Below are positions 44,621-56,773 of a stretch of 64,000 nt of DNA, one piece after another. Source of the stretch: Macrostomum lignano (Eukaryota); assembly GCA_002269645.1 (NCBI GenBank), contig NIVC01000382.1, positions 248,001 through 312,000 on the forward strand. Direction: 5' to 3'. The notes under the pieces are model-generated. The model was not told the origin of the DNA. It saw only the letters and a list, made by a program, of their open reading frames with translations, and made no database searches. Made by a program: the position numbers and the translations under genes. Position 1 is the stretch's first letter. Each line of letters starts with the position of its first letter.

Positions 44621-45619
44621 TGTTGAGATTGCTCAAATACTTTGATGATGTGTTTGCTAAAAACATTGATAAGCATTTCGGCGACAGACCACGTATGATA
44701 GTTATTATCAGTTATAATTTCATTTCCTTTAATGCCTTGGCTAAGGCAAAGCGATTGTGAGTAAAGAGAGCATTTGGCACTGCAAGACAAACATTGCAAC
44801 AAAGAGATTCTACACCGTCACATACGCTCGTAACAAAATATGGTCAAACAGTAAGCTTGCAAAACGGGAGGCAAAAAACATGAAACACAGCGATTTGTTT
44901 AAAATTTTACTTCTTGCCATATGTTGCCGGAAAGGTTGTTGCCAAAATGAACTGATACCTTCATTTTGAACGTTACAAAGCAGTTTCACCTTAATTTCGC
45001 TGGTTTTTATGACGAAGTAACATAAGTATCCAGTTATTAGTAAAATACGACGTAATTGATCTCTTAATCCCTTACGGCGGAAAGGAATATGACGATTGGA
45101 CCAGAAATCCATGAAACTGATAATATGGATATGCCAGTCAACAGTTGGCAGTTTTGTTTAACTCAAATCATAACAATTTATTTCAGATGGTATATTGTAT
45201 TATCAAGAACGTACAATGAATTATATTGAAGAAATACTCATGTTTAAAAAAGCAGTTAAAAACTATTAAGCAACAGATTTTAAAGCTTAATTCAGTTTTT
45301 GTTAACCTATTGCTACATTAAAATTTTTTTACAGATTTTTTCTTTCAATATAATAGAGTTTCTATCTCGCTAATGCATGCAAATATTTGGCAGCTTTTGA
45401 AAGCTAATTGATCAGCTCTTGTGTATGAACATTAAAAATTAAGGTATTAATAGAACAAGTAAAATTCAGGAGGAAATTATGACTAATAGAAAGCAATAAA
45501 AATTTTTAACTAAAAATTAAATAGGTGCTTATAAAAAAATACAGTCAATAATCTTGAAAATGATTTCTTTTATTCTACATCTGCATCATCAATATACGGA
45601 ATTTTGTCAGTCTCTTGAA

Positions 45620-47780
45620 TTAAATGAAAAGAGGAAGTGCCCCCGTTGTTCTCTGACTGGGCAACATCATCACCGACTGTGCAGCAACTGCCTGATGATG
45701 AGTTTCTGAAATTAAAAGTTTCTGAGAATTTTCAGTCTTGTTCCTACAAGTCTGAGTATCGGGAAAGGGACAGAAAAGCATACCCTAGAGAAGGGTAAGG
45801 GGAAGGGACATTAGAGAGAGAAGAGTAGGGGCCGGAGGAAGGGACATTAGAGAGAGAAGAGTAGGGGCCGGAGGAAGGGACATTACAGAGAGAAGAGTAG
45901 GGGCCGGAGGAAGGGACATTAGAAAGAGAAGACTCGAAGAGTAGGGGCCGGAGGAAGGGACATTACAGAGAGAAGAGTAGGGGCCGGAGGAAGGGACATT
46001 AGAGAGAGAAGAAAGATAAGGATGCATGGGAAAGTATGAAGAATAATCAGAATGGAGCATCCCATAACCCATGCCTGCATTTAGAACAGACGGAAAAGTG
46101 AGTTAAAAGCATAAAAAGGACTTACATTATGTGAACGCAAAAGCAGAGAGTCAGCATCAGAAGGGCGAACGCAAGAAGCAGTATAGCTATCAGCATTATA
46201 GCCATGTAGAATTTTATATCATAAAATGATCCCGTAAAGTTAGGAGTTACAAAAGTTGTGGACAAATGTGATTCCAAAATCTTCTTCAGCTTGTTCGGGA
46301 TTTGACATGATACTGATGAAAAGCTGCATTCCTGGTGGGCTGACTTCACTGAAATTGAGAGATTGAGATGGGTTGATGCAATTGACAGTGGAATGTAAAT
46401 AGACGTGGAGGAGGAGATGTCAAGAAGAGGGAAGGCGAGTGGGGAAAAGGGCAAGAAGCAAAGATGCAGGATAGAGGGCAAAGGAAAAATATGCCTGGGA
46501 TCTCGAACTCGTCCGCGAGACGTTTAAAAATTAACAACTCAACACTGCATCTGAATGGTAAATGACGCTCACCAACGATGGGGCAAGTATCGCTTGTGCT
46601 CATATTCGGGCAGTCCTCAGGACTGCAGGTTGACCCGTTTTGAAAATGCCTGCCGCGAATCTGACGATTGAATCAAGTAGGACTTGGTTAATTAGTTTCT
46701 TAAGTTGGCGTTTGTTTGCTTAATTGTTTACAGTATCTTACTGTCTTGGTGTCTTAATGGATTTTCAAGTGTCTTAGTGAACGTCTTACAGGATTAGTAT
46801 CCTAGAGAATTAATGTCTCACAGTTTAGTGTCGTACAAGATTAGTGTCTTACGGGATTAGGCCTACAGGATTAGTGTCTTACAGGATTAGTGTCTGATGG
46901 TATTAGTCTTGTGGCTTTGCGTCTATCTTTGACGCCTCTACGTCTGAGCGCCGTAATGTCCAAATATCTTATCAATTTGCCATTTAGTAATAAAACGATT
47001 GCGAATAATCAGTTTATTTCCAAATAATTAGTGGCAAATTTGCTAATGGAATTATCTATATTAAAAATTTAGTGAAATATAGACGGATCAACCACTCACA
47101 GTAGCTGATATTAAAGTGCATTTTTTCCAATTCGGCGGTAGAGTCTCAATGATGTAACAGTACTCGGTACCGACTATGCAGTTTAGCTTCTAAAAAACAC
47201 GATGATAAGCGCTCTCGATTTTACAATCTTAACAAGTGTTCCAGGTTTGGGCGCCAAGGATTTTGGGCTGGGTTGCAGGAATTTGACTCACGCTGTTCTT
47301 CAGAATGTAGAAGCTGTTCTGAGGCCTGTGAGCAATGTAGTGTGGCGTTAGAAACACGACGCCCTCAACGACGCCCAGCCGCTTGTAGTGGCTCCTGCCG
47401 GTGAAGAAAAGCGCCACTTCTTGTTGATTTTCTCTAAACTGAAATCCGTAGATCCTCGTGTCGGTTGTGGACCTGTCAGAGACTTCTGGCAGCTGCCAGC
47501 CACACACTGAAATGATTGACAGCGCCAGACAGATTCTGACTAATTCTGACTCCACGATACTACTGCGGACACTGATGGATACTCAAAAACACTAATGCAG
47601 ACACTCATGCGCGGACACTAAGACACTAATGCGGACACGTAAAGTACTAATACTCTAAAAAACTATCACACAAAGCCACTAAGGTACAGACGGTGAATAA
47701 AACGCACCAAGGTCCTCGAACATAGTCAGCATAGCAATGATGCCCAGAATCAGTCGATTGCTTGCTTGAAAAGTTCTCAT
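45620..47780 (-). pseudogene. Host type-I membrane protein gene, copy 1 (probably degenerate)
   Basis: Exons 47708-47780, 47292-47506, 47100-47189 and 46573-46660 have the same lengths and GT-AG phases as copy 2. Exon 5 lacks the AG acceptor and has a ~4-nt deletion; exon 6 is frameshifted. Confidence 0.75.
45805..46012. repeat. 36-bp purine-rich minisatellite (intronic)
   Basis: gggacattagagagagaagagtaggggccggaggaa units at 45841, 45877, etc. Confidence 0.9.
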
Positions 47781-48479
47781 TCCTGTACTGTGTATATTGT
47801 ATTGAGCTGAAGCTTTTAAAGCAGGTGGGTCTGTAGCTTGCAGTTGTACGAAACCATATTTATACACAAGTTCTCGCTCTCTAGCGAGGTTCTGCTTTTC
47901 AGAACTACGGACGCGAAAAAGCGTGCCTTTCTGTCAACCAGTTAGCCGGTGTTATAGAGAACCACATCAACGTCGTAAAAATATACGGATTGAATATGCG
48001 GCTTTAAAATGCATGCTAGATGCCAATTTTACACATTTTCTCAACTTGTTTCCCTCTGATATCACACTTTTAGCTTTTGCCTTCGGATTTCTGTTATTAA
48101 CTATAGATATAATAACATTAGAAGCCTATCTTCTACTTCTAGCCATGTTCTATGCATCTGAAGTCAAAACTCGTTTTGGAAAGGCAGGATTTGTTGCTTA
48201 ATTAGTTGCTACCCAAAAAGAAACATTTTTATTTCAATCATTCCTCTCTCTCTCTCTCTTCGTGGCTAGCTCTCTGTCTCTTATCCCTCAAGAAAGTAAT
48301 TTTTGCTTGGCCGTTTCCTTGTTTTAAGAGAAGCCAGTTTTAAAATCCCAAAATATAGAATATATATCTACTCTCCCTCGTACAAGAGAAAATTCTCTAG
48401 CGATTCAATTTTACGCTCGTCTATAATGTTTTTCTCATTTTAAAACAATGCTTTTTCATTAAAATCATGGTTCACCACT

Positions 48480-49282
48480 CGGATTAGCCTGTGGGGTGGC
48501 TGACTTCAAAGCGCAGGGAAAGGTGGGTTACCGCCCCCCTCCAACTACGTCCCTTTTCCCGCCCTCTGAAGGTATCTGCTTGAACTTAAACGTAGGGAAA
48601 TCAGGGCGGTAACCATGGCCCTCTCAGGCCATATGTGTTTTGCCAGGAATCGTTACCTCTAGGGAAAATTCGGCAGTCAGGAATGCCCATTATGTTTCTT
48701 GGGTGTTGAGAATGCGGAGCACATCATCTGTGAATGCCCTGCCTTTACTCAGGACAGGCTCGCCTAACTTAACCCAAACCCGGACCTCTCCGAAGTTTTC
48801 AGGGGTCGTAGCCTAGTGGTTAGAGCTTCGGACTCACGACTTGGAAGGTCGACTTGGAACAATTTGTGTCCTTGAGCAAGACACCTAACTCTACATTGCT
48901 TCAGTTCATCCAGCTATAAAATGGGTGCCAGCATTAGCTCAGGTAATTGAGAGTGGCGACCCCCAGTTCTCGGACTGAGCAGCCGTACGCAGCCTTCAGA
49001 TTTGCCATGCAATAGCTGCGGCTGAGCTGTCGGTTGCATATCTGCCCGTTGAGCCAGGTGTAATTAATTAATTATTAATTGGGCCCGAGAATTTCTGCCA
49101 GCTCGTCCGCTACATAAGGGCTACCGGAGTGGGACCGCGCTGCGGACACCTGCACCACCGGATCTCTCTGCGCGACACCGCAGCACCAGCTCCCCGTGGT
49201 CACCAGGGGTTAGCGGAATTTGAGTCAACGCCCCTGTATCCGGATGTCCGGAGCGCCCCTACAGCTGAGTCAAGTAAGTCAA
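48480..49282 (+). mobile_element. 3' fragment of a LINE related to 42522-43626
   Basis: LLELKRREIRAVTMALSGHMCF..CPLC..ENAEHIICECPAF..R; resumes after the SINE as PENFCQLVRYIRAT; ends gtcaagtaagtc. Confidence 0.85.
48802..49080 (+). mobile_element. tRNA-headed SINE with a conserved-looking central domain
   Basis: A box TAGCCTAGTGG, degenerate B box, then ttgtgtccttgagcaagacac...ccagctataaaatgggtgccagc (resembles Deu/Nin/Meta-type SINE cores); (taat)n tail. Confidence 0.75.
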
Positions 49283-49705
49283 TTAAAATCATTGTGATAG
49301 TTTCTACAGAACTTTTGAAAGCCTTCATATAATTTCCTTTTTTCTTACGCACTTTTGAACTAATTAACGGATGCATGTAACGTCAAATCACCAATCTGAC
49401 AATCATGTTCAGCTTTATAGCAGAATAGGATGTTTTCTTCAATTTTTAGTTCATTAAAAATTTAGTCCTATTTCGCTTATCCAGATTAAGACGTTACTCG
49501 TGCCTTTAAAAAGTATAAGTAAATGCATTGTTAGCTTTAAGGTAACTATGAGCATTATCAATTGATGATGGAAATTATGGAAAGTAGAAATTCAAACTGT
49601 ATTTAATTTAAAATTGAATGAATAAGCATAACAGTATTAGTATAAAGAGTTATGGATTATATATTATTACAGCATCAGTGGTCTCAGAAAATAGACTTTT
49701 TCTTC

Positions 49706-52700
49706 TCAATCTTGCACAGTCGGCTCGTCTTCGATATACGGAATTTCATCAGTCTCTGAAGACGAGTCTCTGATAACCTGTGCAGACGAAGTGCTCGCGT
49801 TGTTCTCTGACTCGGCACTAGTTTCACGGACTGTGCAGCAAATGTCTGATGACGAGTTTCTGAAATTGAAAGTTTCTGAGCATTCGCTGTCTTGTTCTTA
49901 CCAGTTTGAGCATCGGAGAGAGGTTGGTGGAAAGGTAAAGAAATAGGAGAAAAAAGAAACATTAGGGAGAGAAGGGTAGGGGGAGGACATTAGGGAGAGA
50001 AGGGTAGGGGGGAGGACATTAGGGAGAGAAGGGTAGGGGGAGGACATTAGGGAGAGAAGGGTAGGGGGAGGATATTAGGGAGAGAAGGGTAGGGGGGAGG
50101 ACATTAGGGAGAGAAGGGTAGGGGGGAGGACATTAGGGAGAGAAGGGTAGGGGGGAGGATATTAGAGAGTGAAGAGTAGGGGGAAGGAAATTAGAGAGTG
50201 AAGAGTAGAGGGAAGGACATTAGAGAGTGAAGAGTAGGGGGAAGGACATTAGGGAGAGAAGGGTAGGGGGAAGGGACATTAGGGAGTGAAGAGTAGGGGG
50301 AAGGGACATTAGGGAGAGAAGGGTAGGGGGAGGAAATTAGAGAGTGAAGAGTAGGGGGAAGGACATTAGGGAGTGAAGAGTAGGGGGAAGGACATTAGAG
50401 AGTGAAGAGTAGGGGGAAGGACATTAGGGAGAGAAGGGTAGGGGGAAGGGACATTAGGGAGTGAAGAGTAGGGGGAAGGACATTAGAGAGTGAAGGATAC
50501 GGGGAAAGACATTAGGGAGAGAAGGGTAGGGGGAAGGGACATTAGGGAGTGAAGGATAGGGGGAAAGACATTAGGGAGAGAAGGGTAGGGGGAAGGGACA
50601 TTAGGGAGTGAAGGATAGGGGGAAGGACATTAGAGAGTGAAGGATAGGGGGAAAGACATTAGGGAGAGAAGGGTAGGGGGAAGGGACATTAGGGAGTGAA
50701 GGATAGGGGGAAGGACATTAGAGAGTGAAGGGTAGGGGAAAGGACATTAGGGAGAGAAGGGTAGGGGGGAGGACATTAGGGAGAGGGGATAGTCTAGCTA
50801 ATTGAGCCTTACTTTATGAGGCTTGTTTGACCGCTTTCATTTTCGTCTTCGCAGCAACTTGAAGCCCCCGCCTTCACACGGGTGGTTCTCGGCGATTTTC
50901 TAAAATTGAATTCTCGCGCATATTTGCTTGGGTGGCTTGCTTAACGTTAAAATACATTGATAGATGGAGTTGATATGCATGTGTTCTTTGTGTTACACGC
51001 CGCTTGCGGCCCGCTATCAGATTTTCCCAGTGGGTGGGTGCGAAGTAAAAGGGTTAGATAGGAGTAAGAGGGAGAAAGAAGTGAGAAGGAGATATGGGTG
51101 AAAGAAAGATACGGATGAGATTTGAAAGGATAAAGAATCTAAGAAATGAGCCTCCCGCAATCCATCCCTGCTTTTAGAACAGATTTAGAGGAAAAAGCAT
51201 TAAAAGCATGAAAAGAGACTTACTTTACTTGGACGTACAAGCAGATAATCAGCATTAGAATGGCGAAAGCAGAAAGCAATGTAGCTGTCAGAATCGAAAT
51301 AAACGACGAGGTTCGCAAGTTTCCAGTTAAGTTCGGGGTTACAAAAGTTTTTGGCAAATGAAATTCCAAAATCTGCTTCAGCCGGTTTGGCATTTGGCAG
51401 GATATTGACGGAAATCTGCATTCTTGGTCGGCTGACGTCGCTGAAATGTAGAGATTGAGAGGATGGGTTGATGCAGTTAGCTGACAATCTAATTTAAATA
51501 CACATGACGGAAGGAGAGACTATGGACCGAATTGATGCTTGTTAGACCAAATTAAATGCTGCTGTGCCATCCTCGCTACCATATACAAAAGCTTCATTAC
51601 TTTGACAAACAAATATTGGATTAAATTCAATGCGTGGCTGCAAAAAGCTATAGTAAAAAAAGTCAAAAAGGCTCACCAATGATGGGGCAATTTTCGCTTG
51701 TGCTCATATTCGGACAGTCTTCAGGACTGCAAGTTGACCCGTTTCGGAAATGCCTGCCGCGAATCTGTCAATGATTTTGAAATTAATAATTCGTTTTTTG
51801 GTTGTTTGTGATACACGCTAGTAAATACAACCGCCAGCTGCTGCCGTTTATGTGACGAATTCTTGAGATCCAGCCTGCCGAGTCAAGTCGACAAAATCAT
51901 AAGCCGCTGACCTTCATGTTTAAGCCTGGCTCGCGTCTACCCCCTCGCATCGAACGCATGGCACTCAGTATCCGGGATTTGCAGCTCGGCGAGATGCTGG
52001 ACACCAACTACATCGGCAGCATCTACACCAGACAAGCAGCGACACCAAGAGTACTGTTTCAGCTGCAAGTCAAGGAAGGGACGGCGTGAGATGCCATCCT
52101 TTCATTGGCAATGTCCTCATTGCGCACCGGTAGTTGGTATCTGCGAACGGAAACATTCGGCGAATGCATGCGGTTCGATAGGAGCTGACGGAGGCATCAG
52201 GAGTTTTTCTATGAGACCAGCAACTTGTGATCCATGAAGCTCTGCAGTCGACTGTTCTTCAGTTAGCGTACCAAAGGTCATCAAGGCGAGACAATAACTT
52301 TGCTGCAATTCAAATTCAACTCAAAATTCTGGTGGCCAGGAATGTCGGCTGAGACTAAAAGAATCGTGCCGAAGTGCCTAGAGTGCGCCGCCGCAAATCA
52401 TCATCTGAAAGTCCCAGCAGCACCCTACAACCAACCGACCTGCCTGAGTCACTGTGGTCCATCATAGGAATCGACTTTCTTGACCCCATCAACAGATGAC
52501 GACTTTTGATGATTGTCGACCAATCATTTGCGCTATCCGATCGTCATTGCAATAAAGTCAACCACCGAAAAGTGACGGACAGCGGCCCACCACTCTCTTC
52601 GGAAGTGTTCGCCAGTTTTCACCCAGAATCACGGGACTAGCCACCGTCAAATCACGCCATACCATCCTGGGGCAAACGACATCACGGAGCGTATCAACAG

Positions 52701-54529
52701 GTCCTTGAACAAGTTGCTACGAGTCGCTAAAAGTTGCCACCAGCAGCTCCGCGGCTCCAAGATTGCTCAAATCAATTTTAACATAATTTTAACCGACCGC
52801 AGGCAGATTTTTACATGGATAGAGTGACTAATTTTTTTTAATTGAGATCACTCATTAATACCGGTAGTTCAGTTGAAAGAAAAACATTATGGTAAGATAA
52901 CATGCAACAAGATTCAACTACTCACAGTAGCTGATACTAAAGTGCATTTTTTCCAGTTCCGTGGCAAAGTCTCAATGATGTAGCAGTACTCAGTGCCGCC
53001 AATGCAGTTTAGCTTCTAAAAGAGACACAAAGACATGCGCTCTGCATTTTACAGTCTTAAAAAGTTTTCCAGGTTCGTGCGACAAGAGCTTTAGGTTGGG
53101 GTTGCACGGATTCTAGGTTGGGGTTGCACGGATTTTAGGCTGGGGTTGCACGGATTCTAGGTTGGGGTTGCACGGATTTTAGGTTGGGGTTGCACAGACT
53201 TTAGGTTGGGGTTGCACGGATTCTAGGTTGGGGTTGCACGGATTCTAGGTTGGGGTTGCACGGATTCTAGGTTGGGGTTGCACGGATTTTAGGCTGGGGT
53301 TGCACGGATTCTAGGTTGGGGTTGCACGGATTCTAGGTTGGGGTTGCACGGATTTTAGGTTGGAGTTAAACGGATTTTAGGTTGGGGTTGCACGGATTCT
53401 AGGTTGGGGTTGCACGGATTCTAGGTTGGGGTTGCACGGATTTTAGGCTGGGGTTGCACGGATTCTAGGTTGGGGTTGCACGGATTCTAGGTTGGGGTTG
53501 CACGGATTTTAGGTTGGAGTTAAACGGATTTTAGGTTTGAGTTAAACGGATTTTAGGTTGGAGTTAAACGGATTTTAGGTTGGAGTCGCATGGATTTTAG
53601 GTTGAGGTTAAAGAGACTAGGGCTCCGAACTACTCTACGAGTATTAGGAATTTGACTCACGCTGTTCTTCAGCATGTAGAAGCTGTTCTGAGGCCTGTGA
53701 GCAATGTAGTGTGGCGTTAGAAACACGACGCCCTCAACGACGCCCAGCCGCTTGTAGTGGCTCCTGCCGGTGAAGAAAAGCGCCACTTCTTGTTGATTGT
53801 CTCTAAACTGAAATCCGTAGATCCTCGTGTCGGTTGTGGACCTGTCAGAGACTTTTGGCAGCTGCCAGCCACACACTGAAATGATTGACAGTGAGGACAC
53901 TAATACACTAATGAGGACACTAATGAGGACACATACGCTAATGAGGACACTAATACGCTAATGAGGACACTAGTACGCTAATGAGGACACTAATACGCTA
54001 ATGAGGACATTATTGCACTGATTCGGACACTAAGACACCAATGCGGACATTAAGGCACTAATACAGGCACTGATGCGGACACTAAGACACCAGTACGGAC
54101 ACTAAAACACTAATGCGAACAAAAATTCACTAATGCACTAATTCGTACAATAATGCAGAAACTAAGACACTAATGCTCTAAATCGGATGCTAGTGCACTA
54201 ATTTGGACACTAATGCACTAATGCTGGCATAAAAAAACTAAAAGAGTGATACGGACTCTAATGCGGACGCTATTTCGGACACAAATGCACTATTGAGGAC
54301 ACTAAGACACTAACGCGGATACTCAAACAATAAATGCAAATACTAAAACGAGCACTAATGCGCGAACGCTAAGACACTAATGCGGACACTTAAAATACTA
54401 ATCCTCTAAGACACTATCACACTAAGCCACTAAGACAGGCGGTGAATGAAACGCACCAAGGTCCTCGAACATAGTCAGCATAACAATGAGGCCCAGAAGT
54501 AGTCTTTTGCTTGCTTGAGCAGTTCTCAT
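49706..54529 (-). CDS. Host type-I membrane protein gene, copy 2 (6 exons, 294 aa, no recognised family)
   Basis: Exons 54457-54529, 53661-53875, 52926-53015, 51677-51764, 51224-51488 and 49706-49859 are all GT-AG with matching phases (1,0,0,1,2). Signal peptide MRTAQASKRLLLGLIVMLTMF, Cys-containing ectodomain, TM FISILTATLLSAFAILMLIICLYV, tail ending IPYIEDEPTVQD*. Confidence 0.88.
49960..50790. repeat. ~29-30-bp purine-rich minisatellite (intron 5 of copy 2; homologous to 45805-46012)
   Basis: ggacattagggagagaagggtagggggga units. Confidence 0.92.
51880..52740 (+). pseudogene. Decayed Gypsy integrase fragment in intron 3 of copy 2
   Basis: LVI.E.LQ.TVL.LA..GHQG..KFWWPGM..KCLEC; IGIDF; ERINRSLNKLL. 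Confidence 0.75.
53090..53600. repeat. 22-bp minisatellite
   Basis: ggattctaggttggggttgcac repeated about 20 times. Confidence 0.95.
53895..54420. repeat. gacactaat-rich degenerate tandem repeat (intron 1 of copy 2)
   Basis: Recurrent (g)acactaat(g) units. Confidence 0.85.
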
Positions 54530-55129
54530 TCCCGTAGTGTGTATGTATTGAGCCGAAGCTTATAAAGCAGGTTGGTTAAAAGCTGGTAGTTTTAGCTCAT
54601 GCGCAAGTTATATTTATACACAAGTTGTCCACGTCAAACGAGGTTCTTCTCCATAGTGTATTTTTCAGTATCGGGGATGTTGACGAAAAACACTTATCGG
54701 CTCGCACGCTTCATCCTGGTCCTTGTAGATGAAAAAAAGAAAAACAGACCTGTACTGTATGCATAGCCCTGTACAGCTTCTGTGTGAGAGTGCAGACTTG
54801 TTTACACAATAGGCACACAAGAAAATTGCTTATCATTTTTTCTTCTATTGCTAAATTTGTTAGGCGCATAAATGCCTTGCTCTCTCCCTGAGAAGCGAGG
54901 GAGGGGGGGCGTCAGCGTTGGATTCAACTGCTTTACGTTTAGCACCTAATTCCTGCTTTGCTCAAAGTATAAAATGCGGATGCAACTTGAATGCGACTTG
55001 CTTTAGTCCCTGTAGCTATAGCACTATCAAAACTGACACTCAAAATTGTATCTTTTGTTCTCTAACATCGCATCCTGTCAATCTGGCTAACCGAATTTTA
55101 CTCCATCAACCCATTAACCAAATCCCCAA

Positions 55130-56285
55130 ATTTCATTCCCAGAATCCCATTCACAGAATCCCATTCCCTAAATCCTATTCCCAAAATCTCATTCACAGAA
55201 TCCCATTCCCTAAATCCCATTCCCTAAATCCTATTCACAGAATCCTATTCCCTAAATCCTATTCCCTAAATCCTATTCACAGAATCCTATTCCCTAAATC
55301 CTATTCCCTAAATCCTATTCACAGAATCCTATTCCCTAAATCCTATTCCCTAAATCCCATTCACAGAATACCATTCACAGAATATCATTCACAGAATCCC
55401 ATTCCCTAAATCCTATTCCCTAAATCCTATTCCCGAAATCCTATTCCCTAAATCCTATTCACAGAATCCTATTCCCTAAATCCTATTCCCTAAATACCAT
55501 TCACAGAATACCATTCACAGAATATCATTCACAGAATCCCATTCCCTAAATCCTATTCCCTAAATCCCATTCACAGAATACCATTCACAGAATCCCATTC
55601 ACTAAATCCTATTCACAGAATCCTATTCCCTAAATCCTATTCCCTAAATCCCATTCACAGAATACCATTCACAGAATCCCATTCCCTAAATCCTATTCCC
55701 TAAATCCCATTCACAGAATACCATTCACATAATCCCATTTCCTGAATCCCATTCCCCAATTCCAATACCCCAAATTCTATTGCCAGAATCCCATTCCAAA
55801 AATCCCATTCCCAGAATCCCATTCCCAGAATCCCATTCCTCAATCCCATACCCCAAATTATATTGCCAGAATCCCATTCCCAGATTCCCATTCCCCAAAT
55901 CCCTTTACCCAAATCCCATGCCCCAAATTCCATACCCCAAATTATATTGCCAGAATCCCATTCCCAGAATCCCATTCCCCAATTCCCTTTTCCATATCAC
56001 GTGACCCACTCCAACTTCAATATCACGTGACCCGCTCCAACTTCCTAAATCCCATTCCCCAATTCCCATGCCCAAATCCTATTCCCCAAGTCCCATTCCC
56101 CAAATTCTATTCCCAGAATCCCATTCCCCAAATTCCCATGGCCAAATCCCATTCCCCAAATCCCATTCCCCAAATCTAATCCCGCAAATCCCATTCCGCA
56201 AATCCCGTTCCCCAAATCCCATTCCCATAATCCTATTCCCAAATTCCCATTCCCAGAATCCCATTCTCTGAATCCCATTCCCACA
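55130..56285. repeat. cccattcc/cctattcc simple satellite
   Basis: 11-12-nt units aatcccattcc(c/a). Confidence 0.95.
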
Positions 56286-56773
56286 TGCGTCTTTGAAAAA
56301 ATCTTTTCAAAGAAGTACACTAGCAAAACTATGTTGATTTACACTTGAAGCTTCAACAGCAAAAAAAATTGATTTCCATAAAGTGATTTAGTGAGTAAAA
56401 ATTTTGTTAATATTTCAAACTATATTTGAAATCGATATTAAAAATTGCAAATGAGTGTCATTTATAGTTGTGCATTCCTAAGTCCATGAGGCGTTGTGCA
56501 GTTCAGTAATGTGTTTAGCGGCATACATATAGCTATTTATTTAATTGCAACACAATATCATGTACACTAACAGTACACATTAGAGAAGTGTGCAATAATT
56601 GCATCAATAGTGCCGCGGACACGTAAAACAGGGGTCTTGTTGCGAGATTCGCGCCCACAAAAGCTGGCGCATAGAGAGTGTACATGCTTCTGTACGCCCT
56701 ACATGGGATTGCCTTCTAATTTTAGAATCTACTGGGGTGACAGTTGGTGCAGTAAACTTAATGGATTTTCTAT

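Noticed and set aside
47507-47555. Apparent signal peptide at the start of ORF 47229-47555 (and 53553-53900)
   Set aside because: It is intron sequence upstream of a TTTCAG acceptor; the real signal peptide is in a separate upstream exon.
48802-48875. Functional tRNA gene (also 58912-58985)
   Set aside because: No complete cloverleaf; both continue into SINE bodies with tails or TSDs.
51200-51487. ORF-track protein MSANCINPSQ...
   Set aside because: Wrong frame; splice phases and the paralogue support the DCQLTASTH...TM frame.
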